64,000 bases of DNA from an uncultured Clostridia bacterium (lineage in GTDB: Bacteria > Acidobacteriota > Blastocatellia > UBA7656). The DNA lies in assembly GCA_964548075.1 (NCBI GenBank), contig CAZJQQ010000004.1, positions 115,872-179,871 on the forward strand, in the 5' to 3' direction. Every line of letters begins with the position of its first letter. Positions within the stretch are counted from its first letter, which is position 1. The position numbers and the translations under genes are program-made. Positions 45,652-55,083 of this stretch are shown here, piece after piece. The notes under the pieces were generated by a model. That model made no database searches. It was not told the DNA's origin and saw only the letters and a program-made list of their open reading frames with translations.

Positions 45652-45908
45652 TTGATCTCCTTGACCCGGACAGTCAAACAAAAGGTCCCTTTTGATGGTG
45701 ACGTTCGCGGTCGCAGAGAGATGCTAGGATGCGGACGAAGGGCTGTCAACTTGACGGCCGCCGCGCGCTTCATCGGAAGCAGGCCGGGAAGATTCCAGGT
45801 TGAGCGTCGTATGTTCGGTGACAATACATTTACCGCCTCCGCTCGCTGCTCTATGATACGCGAGTAGGACATATTTGTTGCTTCGAGTCAACGAGGAGGC
45901 TGCTACTG

Positions 45909-46694
45909 ATGACTAGTGCAAGACCGGAACCGCTCGTGTTGAGGCGGCGCGAGGGAGCCGTGCTGACGCTTACGCTCAACCGGCCCGGCAAGAGCAACTC
46001 GCTTCACCCGGATCTGGTCAAGCAACTATCGGCCGCGCTGAAGGGCGCCGAAGCCGACACCGCCCTCAGCGTTGTGGTGCTCACGGGCGCTGGTTCGAGC
46101 TTTTGCGCGGGGCTGGATCTAGAGTTGCTCGTGAGCTGGACGATTGAACAAAAGCTCGCCTACCTGGAGACCGTGACGAGGGTCTTTCGCCGTGTGTGGT
46201 CTTTGCCGCAACCGGTGATCGCGGCGGTGAACGGGCCGGCCATTGCGGGCGGATTCGATCTCGCGGCGTTCTGCGATATCCGGCTCGCGGCAAACGAGGC
46301 GATCTTCGGCCAGGCGGAGATCAACATAGGTCTTACTCAGATCATTCATCCGCTGTACAAATCAATCGGGCTTGCGCGAGCGAAAGAGCTGGCGATGACC
46401 GGGCAGAACATTTCCGCTGACGAAGCCTTTCGCATCGGGCTGGTCAACCACGTTTATCCGCGCGAAGAGTTGATGCCGCGTGCGATGGAATTGGCCGCCG
46501 TGCTGGCATCAAAACCGCAAGGCGCCCTGTTTGCAACTAAGCGTCTCACTCGGGAGCTTATCGATCTGGACACAAACACAGCGCTCGATGAAATAGGCAA
46601 GACGTTTCGGAGCTGCCTGGCATCCGGCGAGCATCAACGTCGAGTCGTCGAGGTGTTTGCGAGTCTGAAGAAACGAGACACACCAGAAGAGTAA
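45909..46694 (+). CDS. Enoyl-CoA hydratase/isomerase (crotonase) family protein
   Basis: LTLNRPGKSNSLHPDLVKQL...VVVLTGAGSSFCAGLDL is the crotonase oxyanion-hole motif. Confidence 0.85.
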   Translation: MTSARPEPLVLRRREGAVLTLTLNRPGKSNSLHPDLVKQLSAALKGAEADTALSVVVLTGAGSSFCAGLDLELLVSWTIEQKLAYLETVTRVFRRVWSLPQPVIAAVNGPAIAGGFDLAAFCDIRLAANEAIFGQAEINIGLTQIIHPLYKSIGLARAKELAMTGQNISADEAFRIGLVNHVYPREELMPRAMELAAVLASKPQGALFATKRLTRELIDLDTNTALDEIGKTFRSCLASGEHQRRVVEVFASLKKRDTPEE

Positions 46695-46698
46695 ACGA

Positions 46699-49600
46699 TT
46701 GGCCATCAACCTAACGCCTCTGACCCGCTACGCCGAAATCTTCGGACGCCTGTTTGAAAGCAGCGAGCTTGAGCAACTCGCATCTGAAATCAGAGCGGGC
46801 CGGCGCGTGGTCGTCGTGTCGGGTCTCGCCGGAAGCGCGCGCGCGTTGGTCGTGACCGCGCTCGAAAAGAAGCTCGCTCGCCGCGTCATATTTGTAGCCC
46901 GGTCCAACCGCGAGGTCGAAGAGTTTCAACCGGACGTCGACTTTTTCTTTTGCGCGATCAACGGCGTGAGCGCGAGCGATCAAAGCGTGCTCACGATACC
47001 CGCCGTTGAAGCCGATCCCTACGACGGCACATCCCCTCACGCCGAGGTGCTCGAACAACGCGCGCTCGCACTCTATCGCGCGACTCGAGGCGAGGCGCGG
47101 ATACTGCTCACGTCGGTAGGTGCGTTGGCCGAGCGAACCATCTCGCCCGATCTCCTCAAGGCTTCAAGCATCGCGCTTCGCGTAGGCGAAGAGATGCCGC
47201 CCGAGCTGATTGTCGATCTGCTGATCGCCGCCGGCTACGTGCGCGAAGAACCTGTCGGCGCCGTCGGAGAATTCAGCCTGCGCGGCGGGATACTCGATGT
47301 CTTTTCGCCCGCCCACGATACTCCTCATCGAATCGAGTTCTTCGGCGACGCAGTCGAATCGATTCGCGAGTTTGATCCGGACACGCAACGCTCGGTCGGC
47401 CGCGCTTCGGAATCGACCATCGTTCCGATGCGCGAGCTTTCGGTGCGCCGCGAAGAGTTTATGACGTGGGCCGAAGCAGCCGAGCGTCACTGGGAGGATG
47501 ACCGATTTCGCCGGGACCTCAGGGCGCGGCTCGCTCACGCAGAACGGGGCGAGCCGTTTCCGGGATGGGAGTATCTAATTCCACTCACGCGGCCGCTCAC
47601 ATCTTCGGCGTTCGATTATTTCAAAGATGCGGTCCTGGTTATCGACGAACCGGTCGAGATCGAGAAGCGAGCGGCTGATCTCTATCGTTACCTCGCCGAT
47701 CGTTTCTCGCTCGCTGATGACTCAGGCGAGTTGGCGCTGCCCCCGGAGAAACTGTTCCTGACTGCGGAGGAACTTCGAACGCGATTTGAAGCTGCGACCC
47801 GCATCGAGCTTCGATTGCTCGGCCGCGACGCTGCCGCCACCGATGAACAGTTCAGTATCGCAAGCGGCCCGCTTGCGAGTCCCGAGAGCGCGCCGATTAC
47901 TTCCTTGACGAGCCTCGCAAGCCAGCGGCCTGCGCCACTGTTCCTCTTCCCGATCGTGTCGTCGACTCCCGACATCGCAGCCATCTCGCAATCGCCTCGC
48001 CGGTATCACGGCCGCATCGCGGATATGGCTCACGATCTCGAATCGGAAACGCGCACCACGTTGTTCGTGATGCCAAGCCTCGGGTTAGCCGAGCGAGTCA
48101 CCGAAATGCTCGCGGAATACTCGACTACCGCTGAGCTGTTGCCGTCCATGAGTAAGACAGCGAGCACGAAAGCGCGAGAGGCGTCCGCGCTCGCCAGCAA
48201 TCGAATCGTCACCGTCGGCAAGCTCGCAAACGGGTTCGCGCTTCCTGCCGCTGAGCTGTCCGTGCTGACCGAGAGCGATGTCTTTGGCGACGTCGAACGC
48301 GCAGCCTCGCAACGCGTCGTCAAAAAGTCCCGCAAGAAGCGGACCGCCGCAGCGTTTCTGTCCGATCTCGGAGACTTGAAGGTTGGCGACTACGTCGTCC
48401 ACGTTGACCACGGCATCGGCCAGTTCCAGGGGCTCGATCAAATCGCGACCGCCGGCGGACCAACCGGGAACGTGGCCGCCGGGCTTGAGCGCGGACGCGG
48501 CGACACCCGTGAGTTCATGCTGCTCACCTACGCCGAAGGCGCGCGCTTGTTTGTTCCGGTCGAGCGTCTGGATCTTGTTCAGCGTTACTCGGCAAGCGAA
48601 GGGCGCCACCCTCAACTCGACAAGCTGGGCGGGCTCGGCTGGCAAAAGGCGAAAGCGCGGGCGCGCCGGGCGATGCGCGACATGGCCGAAGAGCTGTTGA
48701 AGCTGTACGCCGAGCGCAAGCTGGTTCAAGGTCACGCTTACGGCGCGGACACGCCGTGGCAGCACGAGTTTGAAGACGCGTTCGAGTATCAACTCACGCC
48801 CGATCAGGAAGCCGCCATCGAAGACGTGAAGGAAGGGATGCAAAGCGCCCAGCCGATGGACCGTTTGATCGTAGGCGATGTCGGCTACGGCAAGACAGAA
48901 GTGGCTATGAGAGCCGCTTTCAAGGCGGTGATGGAAGGCAAGCAGGTCGCGGTGCTCGCGCCTACGACGGTGCTGGTCCTTCAACACTACAAGACTTTTC
49001 AGCAGCGCTTCAGCCCATTCCCCGCGCGCATCGAAATGCTCTCGCGTTTTCGAAGCGCCAAAGAACTAAAGGAATCCGTTAAGGCGATCGAGGCCGGAAC
49101 GGTCGACGTCGTAATCGGAACGCACAGGCTGCTCTCAAGAGACATTCGCTTCAAAGATCTGGGCTTGCTGGTCGTCGACGAAGAGCAACGATTTGGCGTC
49201 GCCCACAAAGAACGAATCAAACAGATGCGCAAGAAGGTCGACGTGATCGCGATGTCGGCTACGCCGATTCCGCGCACGCTAAACATGTCGCTCGCCGGGC
49301 TGCGCGATATGTCGGTGATCGAAACGCCTCCGCGCGACCGCCTCGCCATTCAAACTCACGTGGTTCAGTTTTCGGATTCGGTCGTCCGCTCGTCCATCGA
49401 GCTCGAGCTTCAACGCAGAGGGCAAGTGTTCTTCGTTCACAACCGCGTCGAGACGATTTTCACGATCGCGGAACTGATCGCGCGGCTCGTTCCCCAGGCG
49501 CGGATCGGCGTGGGTCACGGACAGATGGCAGAAAAGGAGCTTGAAGATGTCATCCTCAGATTCATCCGTCACGACCTTGACGTTCTGGTGTGCACGACGA

Positions 49601-50403
49601 TCATCGAAAACGGCATCGACATACCGCTAGCGAACACGATCATCATCAACCGCGCGGATAAGTACGGGCTGGCGCAGCTCTATCAACTGCGTGGGCGAGT
49701 CGGGCGCTCGAACCGGCGAGCCTATTCGTATCTGCTGATCCCGGCGGAAGACACTTTGACTGACATCGCGCGCCGGCGCCTCGCTGCGATTAGAGAGTTC
49801 TCGGATCTCGGCGCAGGCTTCCGCATCGCCGCGCTCGACCTCGAGCTTCGAGGCGCGGGCAATCTGTTAGGCGCTCAGCAGTCGGGACAGATCGACGCGA
49901 TCGGGTTTGACCTTTATACGCAGATGCTCGAACGGACGGTGAGGGAACTCAAGGGCGAGCCGGTTGAAGACGAATTGTCGACGGCGATCAACCTGGGCGT
50001 AGACATTCGAATACCTGAAGACTACGTCTACGACATGAGCCAGCGGCTGCGGACTTACAAGCGAATCTCGTCGGCTGAGAGCGAAGGAGAGCTGGCGGAC
50101 GTACACGCGGAGATCGCGGACCGTTACGGCCCGATTCCCGAAACAGTCGAGAACCTCTTCGAGTACTCGCGCCTGCGCCGCGAAGCTTCGAAGTTAGGCA
50201 TCATTTCTATCGACCGCGAAGGCGACCGGCTCGCAGTGAAGTTCACTGAGCAAGCGAAGATCGACCCTGATAAGTTGATCGCAATGGTCTCCGAGGGCTC
50301 GGCAAGCTTCGCCCCAAGCGGCGTGTTGAAGATCAGCTTGGCCTCGCAGGATGACGCGGCATTGTTTGATGAAGTCAGAGGACTATTGAATCACCTCCGC
50401 TAA
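46699..50403 (+). CDS. mfd: Transcription-repair coupling factor
   Basis: UvrB-homology N-domain and RNAP-interacting domain. Superfamily-2 helicase motifs GDVGYGKTEVAMRAAF, DEEQRFG, SATPIPRT. TRG motif RGRVGRSNRRAYSYLL. Apparent TTG start, with no in-frame ATG nearby. Confidence 0.9.
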   Translation: MAINLTPLTRYAEIFGRLFESSELEQLASEIRAGRRVVVVSGLAGSARALVVTALEKKLARRVIFVARSNREVEEFQPDVDFFFCAINGVSASDQSVLTIPAVEADPYDGTSPHAEVLEQRALALYRATRGEARILLTSVGALAERTISPDLLKASSIALRVGEEMPPELIVDLLIAAGYVREEPVGAVGEFSLRGGILDVFSPAHDTPHRIEFFGDAVESIREFDPDTQRSVGRASESTIVPMRELSVRREEFMTWAEAAERHWEDDRFRRDLRARLAHAERGEPFPGWEYLIPLTRPLTSSAFDYFKDAVLVIDEPVEIEKRAADLYRYLADRFSLADDSGELALPPEKLFLTAEELRTRFEAATRIELRLLGRDAAATDEQFSIASGPLASPESAPITSLTSLASQRPAPLFLFPIVSSTPDIAAISQSPRRYHGRIADMAHDLESETRTTLFVMPSLGLAERVTEMLAEYSTTAELLPSMSKTASTKAREASALASNRIVTVGKLANGFALPAAELSVLTESDVFGDVERAASQRVVKKSRKKRTAAAFLSDLGDLKVGDYVVHVDHGIGQFQGLDQIATAGGPTGNVAAGLERGRGDTREFMLLTYAEGARLFVPVERLDLVQRYSASEGRHPQLDKLGGLGWQKAKARARRAMRDMAEELLKLYAERKLVQGHAYGADTPWQHEFEDAFEYQLTPDQEAAIEDVKEGMQSAQPMDRLIVGDVGYGKTEVAMRAAFKAVMEGKQVAVLAPTTVLVLQHYKTFQQRFSPFPARIEMLSRFRSAKELKESVKAIEAGTVDVVIGTHRLLSRDIRFKDLGLLVVDEEQRFGVAHKERIKQMRKKVDVIAMSATPIPRTLNMSLAGLRDMSVIETPPRDRLAIQTHVVQFSDSVVRSSIELELQRRGQVFFVHNRVETIFTIAELIARLVPQARIGVGHGQMAEKELEDVILRFIRHDLDVLVCTTIIENGIDIPLANTIIINRADKYGLAQLYQLRGRVGRSNRRAYSYLLIPAEDTLTDIARRRLAAIREFSDLGAGFRIAALDLELRGAGNLLGAQQSGQIDAIGFDLYTQMLERTVRELKGEPVEDELSTAINLGVDIRIPEDYVYDMSQRLRTYKRISSAESEGELADVHAEIADRYGPIPETVENLFEYSRLRREASKLGIISIDREGDRLAVKFTEQAKIDPDKLIAMVSEGSASFAPSGVLKISLASQDDAALFDEVRGLLNHLR

Positions 50404-50464
50404 ACGAACACGAGCTTTTTCGCTGGCTTCCCGATAACCGGGCAGGTATGCTCTCGCAAACGAG

Positions 50465-51655
50465 ATGATCACTAAGCTCATTGTCGAATCGTTCAAGTCG
50501 TTAGAGTCGGTCACGGTTGAACTCGGACAGGTTAACGTTTTCATCGGGGCCAACGGGAGCGGTAAGAGCAACCTGCTGGAAGCCCTTGGTGTTCTCGGGG
50601 CGGCAGCTTCTGGACGGGTCGACGACGAGTCGCTGCGAAGGCGTGGCGTTCGCCCCGGCGTGCCACAGCTCTACAAGTCAGCGTTTCCGCGCCGAAAGGG
50701 AGAAAAAGAAACCCCTCATATTCTCTTTGAAGCCAGGCAAAACGGTGCTAGATACAGGGTGTCGCTGTGCAATCCGATCAATGACCCAAATCCAGCCTGG
50801 CAGTTCGAGACTGAGCTACTGGAACGCGAGCCGGGTGACAAGATTGTCGAGCGATCTCCCGGAGATGCGCATCTGAATCCGGACCAGGGGTTTGCCGCTC
50901 TGAAGGTGGTTGAATTAAGCAACGGCGATCCGGCGCTAAGTCTATTCGACGATCTACGTGGCTACCGCATCTATTGCGCAAACACTCCTACGCTTCGCGG
51001 GGCGCCAGATCTGCAATCGCGCGAACCGCTGGGTCTCTCCGGTGGTCGACTGCCCGATGCTATCAGAGAAATCAGGGGGGCGCGGTCGGGCAACAAACGT
51101 CTGAGAGATGCCTTTCAGCAAGTGATTTCATTGATTGACTGGGCGAAGAACGTTGAGTCAGCGGCATCAGCCTCCGTTCCTCTCTCACCATCTGCAACGG
51201 CGTCAAAGCGGGTTGTTCAATTCACTGATCGCTTCATGGCGGAGAAACGAAATGTTCTGACCGGCTACGACGCGAGCGAGGGCGCGCTTTATATCCTTTT
51301 CGCTGCGGTTCTTGCTCTTCATCCAACGGCTCCGAGGTGTTTCGCTATCGACAACCTTGATCAAGCGTTGAATCCTAAGCTCTCAATGCGGCTTGCGGAG
51401 GCTCTTTGCAGATGGCTTCTTGATTCCGGCGAGTCGCGGCAGGTCCTTCTTACCGTACACAACCCTACAGCGCTCGATGGACTCCCTTTGACGGATGACC
51501 GTGTGCGGTTGTTCACTGTGGACCGCGACAATCGAGGTCACACGGTCGTGCGCAGGGTGGAGCTGACACTGAAGTTATTGGCGAAGGCGGCTGAGGGATG
51601 GACGCTATCACGTCTCTGGGTAAACGGCTTGATTGGTGGTGTTCCGAATGTCTGA
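50465..51655 (+). CDS. ABC-type/SMC-like AAA ATPase (AAA_15/AAA_21-like), candidate OLD-family or PARIS AriA-like ATPase
   Basis: Walker A VFIGANGSGKSNLLEAL. Q-loop and signature-like ASEGALYIL. Walker B/D-loop CFAIDNLDQALNP. H-loop LTVHNP. About 55% GC, lower than the flanks. Confidence 0.8.
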   Translation: MITKLIVESFKSLESVTVELGQVNVFIGANGSGKSNLLEALGVLGAAASGRVDDESLRRRGVRPGVPQLYKSAFPRRKGEKETPHILFEARQNGARYRVSLCNPINDPNPAWQFETELLEREPGDKIVERSPGDAHLNPDQGFAALKVVELSNGDPALSLFDDLRGYRIYCANTPTLRGAPDLQSREPLGLSGGRLPDAIREIRGARSGNKRLRDAFQQVISLIDWAKNVESAASASVPLSPSATASKRVVQFTDRFMAEKRNVLTGYDASEGALYILFAAVLALHPTAPRCFAIDNLDQALNPKLSMRLAEALCRWLLDSGESRQVLLTVHNPTALDGLPLTDDRVRLFTVDRDNRGHTVVRRVELTLKLLAKAAEGWTLSRLWVNGLIGGVPNV

Positions 51656-52376
51656 GCCTTTGAGACTAGCTCTCGTCGTTGAAGGACCAACCGACAAGGT
51701 GGTCATTGAAGCGGCGATTTCGTCCATGCTTGATGCCCGACCGTTCGTTCTTAACCAATTGCAGCCAGAGGCGTCACTAGCATTCGGCGTAAGTGTCGGA
51801 TTCGGTCCACATGGCGGAGGATGGGGAGGCGTTTACCGATGGTGTCGACAGGCAGCCGACCGCAGTGGAGGCTCCTTAGACGCTGATCCTTTGTTCGAGG
51901 GCCACGATGTTCTAATACTCCACCTCGATGCCGATGTTGCTGGCGAGAGGTATCGGAGCGCGAATATCCACGAGGACCGCGGGGATTTGCCATGCGCAGA
52001 ACCCTGTCCTCCAGCACAAGCGACCACTGATCGGCTAAGAGAAGTGCTTTTGCGATGGGTCGGCGAGCAAACGACCCCGGACCGTACGGTGCTCTGCACT
52101 CCTTCGAAGAGCACTGATGCTTGGGTTGTAGCCGCCCTCTTTCCAACCGATCCGGCGGTGCTCGACGGCAACCATGAATGTCGCTCACACGGACAACAGC
52201 CGCTGCGCATCAGGATTGACAAGAGTCAGTCCGAGTACGAGAACCACGGAGCGACGCTGAGTGAGGCTTGGCTGACCGTAACGGAAATCTGCACTGAAGC
52301 ACGGCGATTCAGCGATGACTTTCGCAGGGCCGTTCAAACGGTGGATGAAATAGCCGATGTCACAGACAGTTCCTAG
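51648..52376 (+). CDS. TOPRIM-like (DUF4276/DUF4435-like) protein, candidate nuclease partner of the upstream ATPase
   Basis: Overlaps the ATPase gene by 8 nt. N-terminal LALVVEGPTDKVVIEAAI supplies the conserved Glu. VLILHLDADVAGE supplies DxD. This is the OLD-type Toprim pattern. Confidence 0.55.
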   Translation: MSEPLRLALVVEGPTDKVVIEAAISSMLDARPFVLNQLQPEASLAFGVSVGFGPHGGGWGGVYRWCRQAADRSGGSLDADPLFEGHDVLILHLDADVAGERYRSANIHEDRGDLPCAEPCPPAQATTDRLREVLLRWVGEQTTPDRTVLCTPSKSTDAWVVAALFPTDPAVLDGNHECRSHGQQPLRIRIDKSQSEYENHGATLSEAWLTVTEICTEARRFSDDFRRAVQTVDEIADVTDSS

Positions 52377-52415
52377 TTGAGTCGTCCATTGCCGTTTGAC
52401 TAGAAACTGACCGTG

Positions 52416-53486
52416 TCACTTATTGAACCCGTGGTCTGCGAGCCTTATCAGTTCGTCAATCGAAGCCTCTGTGAATCCTCGCGAGCGCATTTTCTTAATG
52501 AACGCCGGTGTGACTCCGTGATCCCGCATCCGAACCAGTTGTTCGATCGGCAGATTCTGAAGCCCAACTTCCTTGAGTCCGTTGATGAACTCTCCGTTGA
52601 CTCCGTGGTCTCGCATTCTTACCAACTGCTCCAAAGGAGGACGACCGTAGCCGAGCGCCTCGACTTCTTTGATGAAGTTCGCGTTTACTCCGTGATCCAC
52701 TGTTCTGGTCAGTTGCTCGAGCGATAGCCCCGTATAGCCCGCGGCGCGAATCTCGTTGATGAAGCGCGGATTCACTCCGTGATCGACCGTTCTGATAAGC
52801 GTCTCGACCGGAAGGTCCTTGAAGCCCAAACCGTCCAGCTCTTTGATCACAGACGGATTCACACCGTGGTCCACCATCCGAGTCAACAGGTCGACGGACT
52901 GAACGGTGTAGCCCAGAGCCTTCAGCTCTCTCACGTATTCGAGCGTGACGCCGTGCTGACCCATTCGCACCAGTTGATCGACGGAAGGGCGCTCGTAACC
53001 TTGAGCGTTCAACTCGTCGATGAAAGCCAGGCTAACATCGTGCATCGCAAGCGAGAACTGCTGAGCTTCGGTGGGCGCCGCGTAGCCTCGCTTCTGAAGT
53101 TCCGAGGCATAGGCAGGACTCGCTGAAAAAACGAAGTGGCCCGAGCCCTTGCCGTCTTTGAACCAGCCTTCGCAGTTGAACGTGCCCGCATCGCGAACGA
53201 GCTGAAACTGAACCTGCAAGCCTGCCGACATGATTTGCGCGCCGGTCAGACCTTGCAGCCGGTCGGGCTCGATGCGAAACGAGGTCATACTGTTGCCGCG
53301 GCCCATCGTGTCTGAACGATAGTTGAGCGTGAGTTGATACTGATTCGTGCCGCGCTTGGTGTCGATTATCCATTGACCCGAGCGCGAGTCTTGCGCGCTA
53401 GTCCGAAATGCGAAGACGGCGGCTAGAACGGCGCACAAGCCGGAAACTATCAGAGCGTTCCTCCAGGACCGATTTAGGTTCGTCAT
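52416..53486 (-). CDS. Secreted protein with N-terminal beta-rich domain and 7 tandem ~29-aa repeats (consensus ..D/EQLVRMxDHGVxxxFIxELxxLGY)
   Basis: Start MTNLNRSWRNALIVSGLCAVLAAVFAF with AAAGGAGAT SD. Repeats include SVDQLVRMGQHGVTLEYVRELKALGY, PLEQLVRMRDHGVNGEFINGLKEVGL and PIEQLVRMRDHGVTPAFIKKMRSRGF. Paralog of 53646..54731. Confidence 0.6.
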   Translation of the reverse strand: MTNLNRSWRNALIVSGLCAVLAAVFAFRTSAQDSRSGQWIIDTKRGTNQYQLTLNYRSDTMGRGNSMTSFRIEPDRLQGLTGAQIMSAGLQVQFQLVRDAGTFNCEGWFKDGKGSGHFVFSASPAYASELQKRGYAAPTEAQQFSLAMHDVSLAFIDELNAQGYERPSVDQLVRMGQHGVTLEYVRELKALGYTVQSVDLLTRMVDHGVNPSVIKELDGLGFKDLPVETLIRTVDHGVNPRFINEIRAAGYTGLSLEQLTRTVDHGVNANFIKEVEALGYGRPPLEQLVRMRDHGVNGEFINGLKEVGLQNLPIEQLVRMRDHGVTPAFIKKMRSRGFTEASIDELIRLADHGFNK

Positions 53487-53645
53487 AACAAATCTCCTTT
53501 TGCAGCTTCGTTGGCGGCTTTGCGAGTCTTTGCGATCTTTGCGCGAAACGCACCTTGAGGAGTCGTTTCGCGCAAAGACGCTAAGATCCGCAAAGAACGC
53601 CAGGCAAAGAGTGCCAAGCAAACAGGGCAAGCGGGCGGCGAGCCG

Positions 53646-54731
53646 CTACTTGTCGAAACCGTGAATCTTCAGCTCGATCAGTTGGTCTATCGAAGCGTCA
53701 TTGAACCCGCGCGATTTCATCTTTTGAATGAATGCCGAACTCACGCCGTGAATTCGCATCGCTACAATCTGATCGGTCGATACTCGATCGAAGCCCAGCG
53801 TCTTGATCTCCTTGACGAACTCGGTGCTGACCCCGTGGATTCGCATCGCAACCAATTGATCGATCGGGATTCGTTCGTAGCCAAGCTCGCGCAGCTCTTT
53901 GATGAATTCGTTCTTCACGCCGTGAATCCGCATCGCCACCAGTTGATCGATCGGCGGCTGGCGGTAGCCCTGCTCCTGCAAGTCTTTCACGAACTCGGTG
54001 CTCACCCCGTGAATTCGCATCGCTACAAGCTGGTCGAGTGGCGGGTGTTCGTAGCCGAGCGATTTGAGTTCTCCGATGAACTCCGGTTTGACGCCGTGAA
54101 TACGCATCGCGACCAGGTTATCGACGGGCACCTGATCGTAGCCCTCGTCTTTTATCGCCTTGATGAATTGCGGACCGGCGCCGTGAATGCGCATCGCAAA
54201 GAGATTATCGGTCGTCAGATGATCGTACCCGAGCGCATTGAGCTCGCGTATGAAGGTGAGGCCGATGTCGTGCACCGCCATCGAGAACAACTTCTCGTCG
54301 GAGAGTTGTTCGTATCCCAGACCTTTCATCTCAGCGGCGAACCTTTGATTGGGCACAAAGGTGAAACTCCCGGAGCCCTTGCCCTCTTTGAACCATCCTT
54401 CGCAGTTCAACGTGCCGGCTTCTCGCATGACTTGAAAGCTGACGGCTGAACCGCTGCCCGAAGCTTGAGCGGCACTCAGTCCTTTCAGGCTGTCCGCCCG
54501 AATGTCCGAAGACGACGAGTGGGTGCCGCCTCTCTCACTCCGGCGATGAATCGAGAAATAGACGAAGTCCGTGCCGGGCTTCATCTCGATGATCCATTCC
54601 CCGGTCATCGAACCTTGAGCCGGCGTTCGCGACGCGGAAATGCTCGAAACGGACGCGTAACAGAGCAGCGACGCAAGAACGGCCACCGCCGCTGTCAGCA
54701 TGTACTTAGACAGACCAGTCCTGGTGTTCAT
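53646..54731 (-). CDS. Secreted tandem-repeat protein, paralog of 52416..53486
   Basis: Start MNTRTGLSKYMLTAAVAVLASLLCYASV with AAGGAGA SD. Shared N-domain ...NCEGWFKEGKGSG.F.F.... Six repeats: PVDNLVAMRIHGVKPEFIGELKSLGY, PLDQLVAMRIHGVSTEFVKDLQEQGY, PIDQLVAMRIHGVKNEFIKELRELGY, .... Confidence 0.6.
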   Translation of the reverse strand: MNTRTGLSKYMLTAAVAVLASLLCYASVSSISASRTPAQGSMTGEWIIEMKPGTDFVYFSIHRRSERGGTHSSSSDIRADSLKGLSAAQASGSGSAVSFQVMREAGTLNCEGWFKEGKGSGSFTFVPNQRFAAEMKGLGYEQLSDEKLFSMAVHDIGLTFIRELNALGYDHLTTDNLFAMRIHGAGPQFIKAIKDEGYDQVPVDNLVAMRIHGVKPEFIGELKSLGYEHPPLDQLVAMRIHGVSTEFVKDLQEQGYRQPPIDQLVAMRIHGVKNEFIKELRELGYERIPIDQLVAMRIHGVSTEFVKEIKTLGFDRVSTDQIVAMRIHGVSSAFIQKMKSRGFNDASIDQLIELKIHGFDK

Positions 54732-55083
54732 CGTGTCTCCTTGAGCGCACACCTTTCCCGTTGCAGCGCGCAATCGAGGGCGCTGGGTTGATTTGACGCC
54801 CTTTCCGCGTCAAGTCCGTTCTTCTTCGCGGGATTAGCTTTTACTGGTCTCAGGTGAATGACGCCTGCGATGCAATGGTTTCAAGTTTATGTCGATTCGG
54901 GGACGAACCTGAAACCTAGGCGGCCGGCCGCCTCATTGGGGTCGCTCTCTCCTGAACTCTTTTCTCTCCCGGCCTGGGCCGGAGGAACAGCTAGCGTTAC
55001 CGTTCAAGGCTTTCCTTTGACTCTAACACTGCGGTTCGTGTAGGAATGTGGGCGTCCGCAACAGAGACTTCAAAGGACGTGAG

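Noticed and set aside
52413-54791. Plus-strand ORFs 52413..52727, 52779..53126, 53661..54449 and 54465..54791
   Set aside because: They are antisense to the two tandem-repeat secreted-protein genes. Their periodicity simply mirrors the sense-strand repeats.
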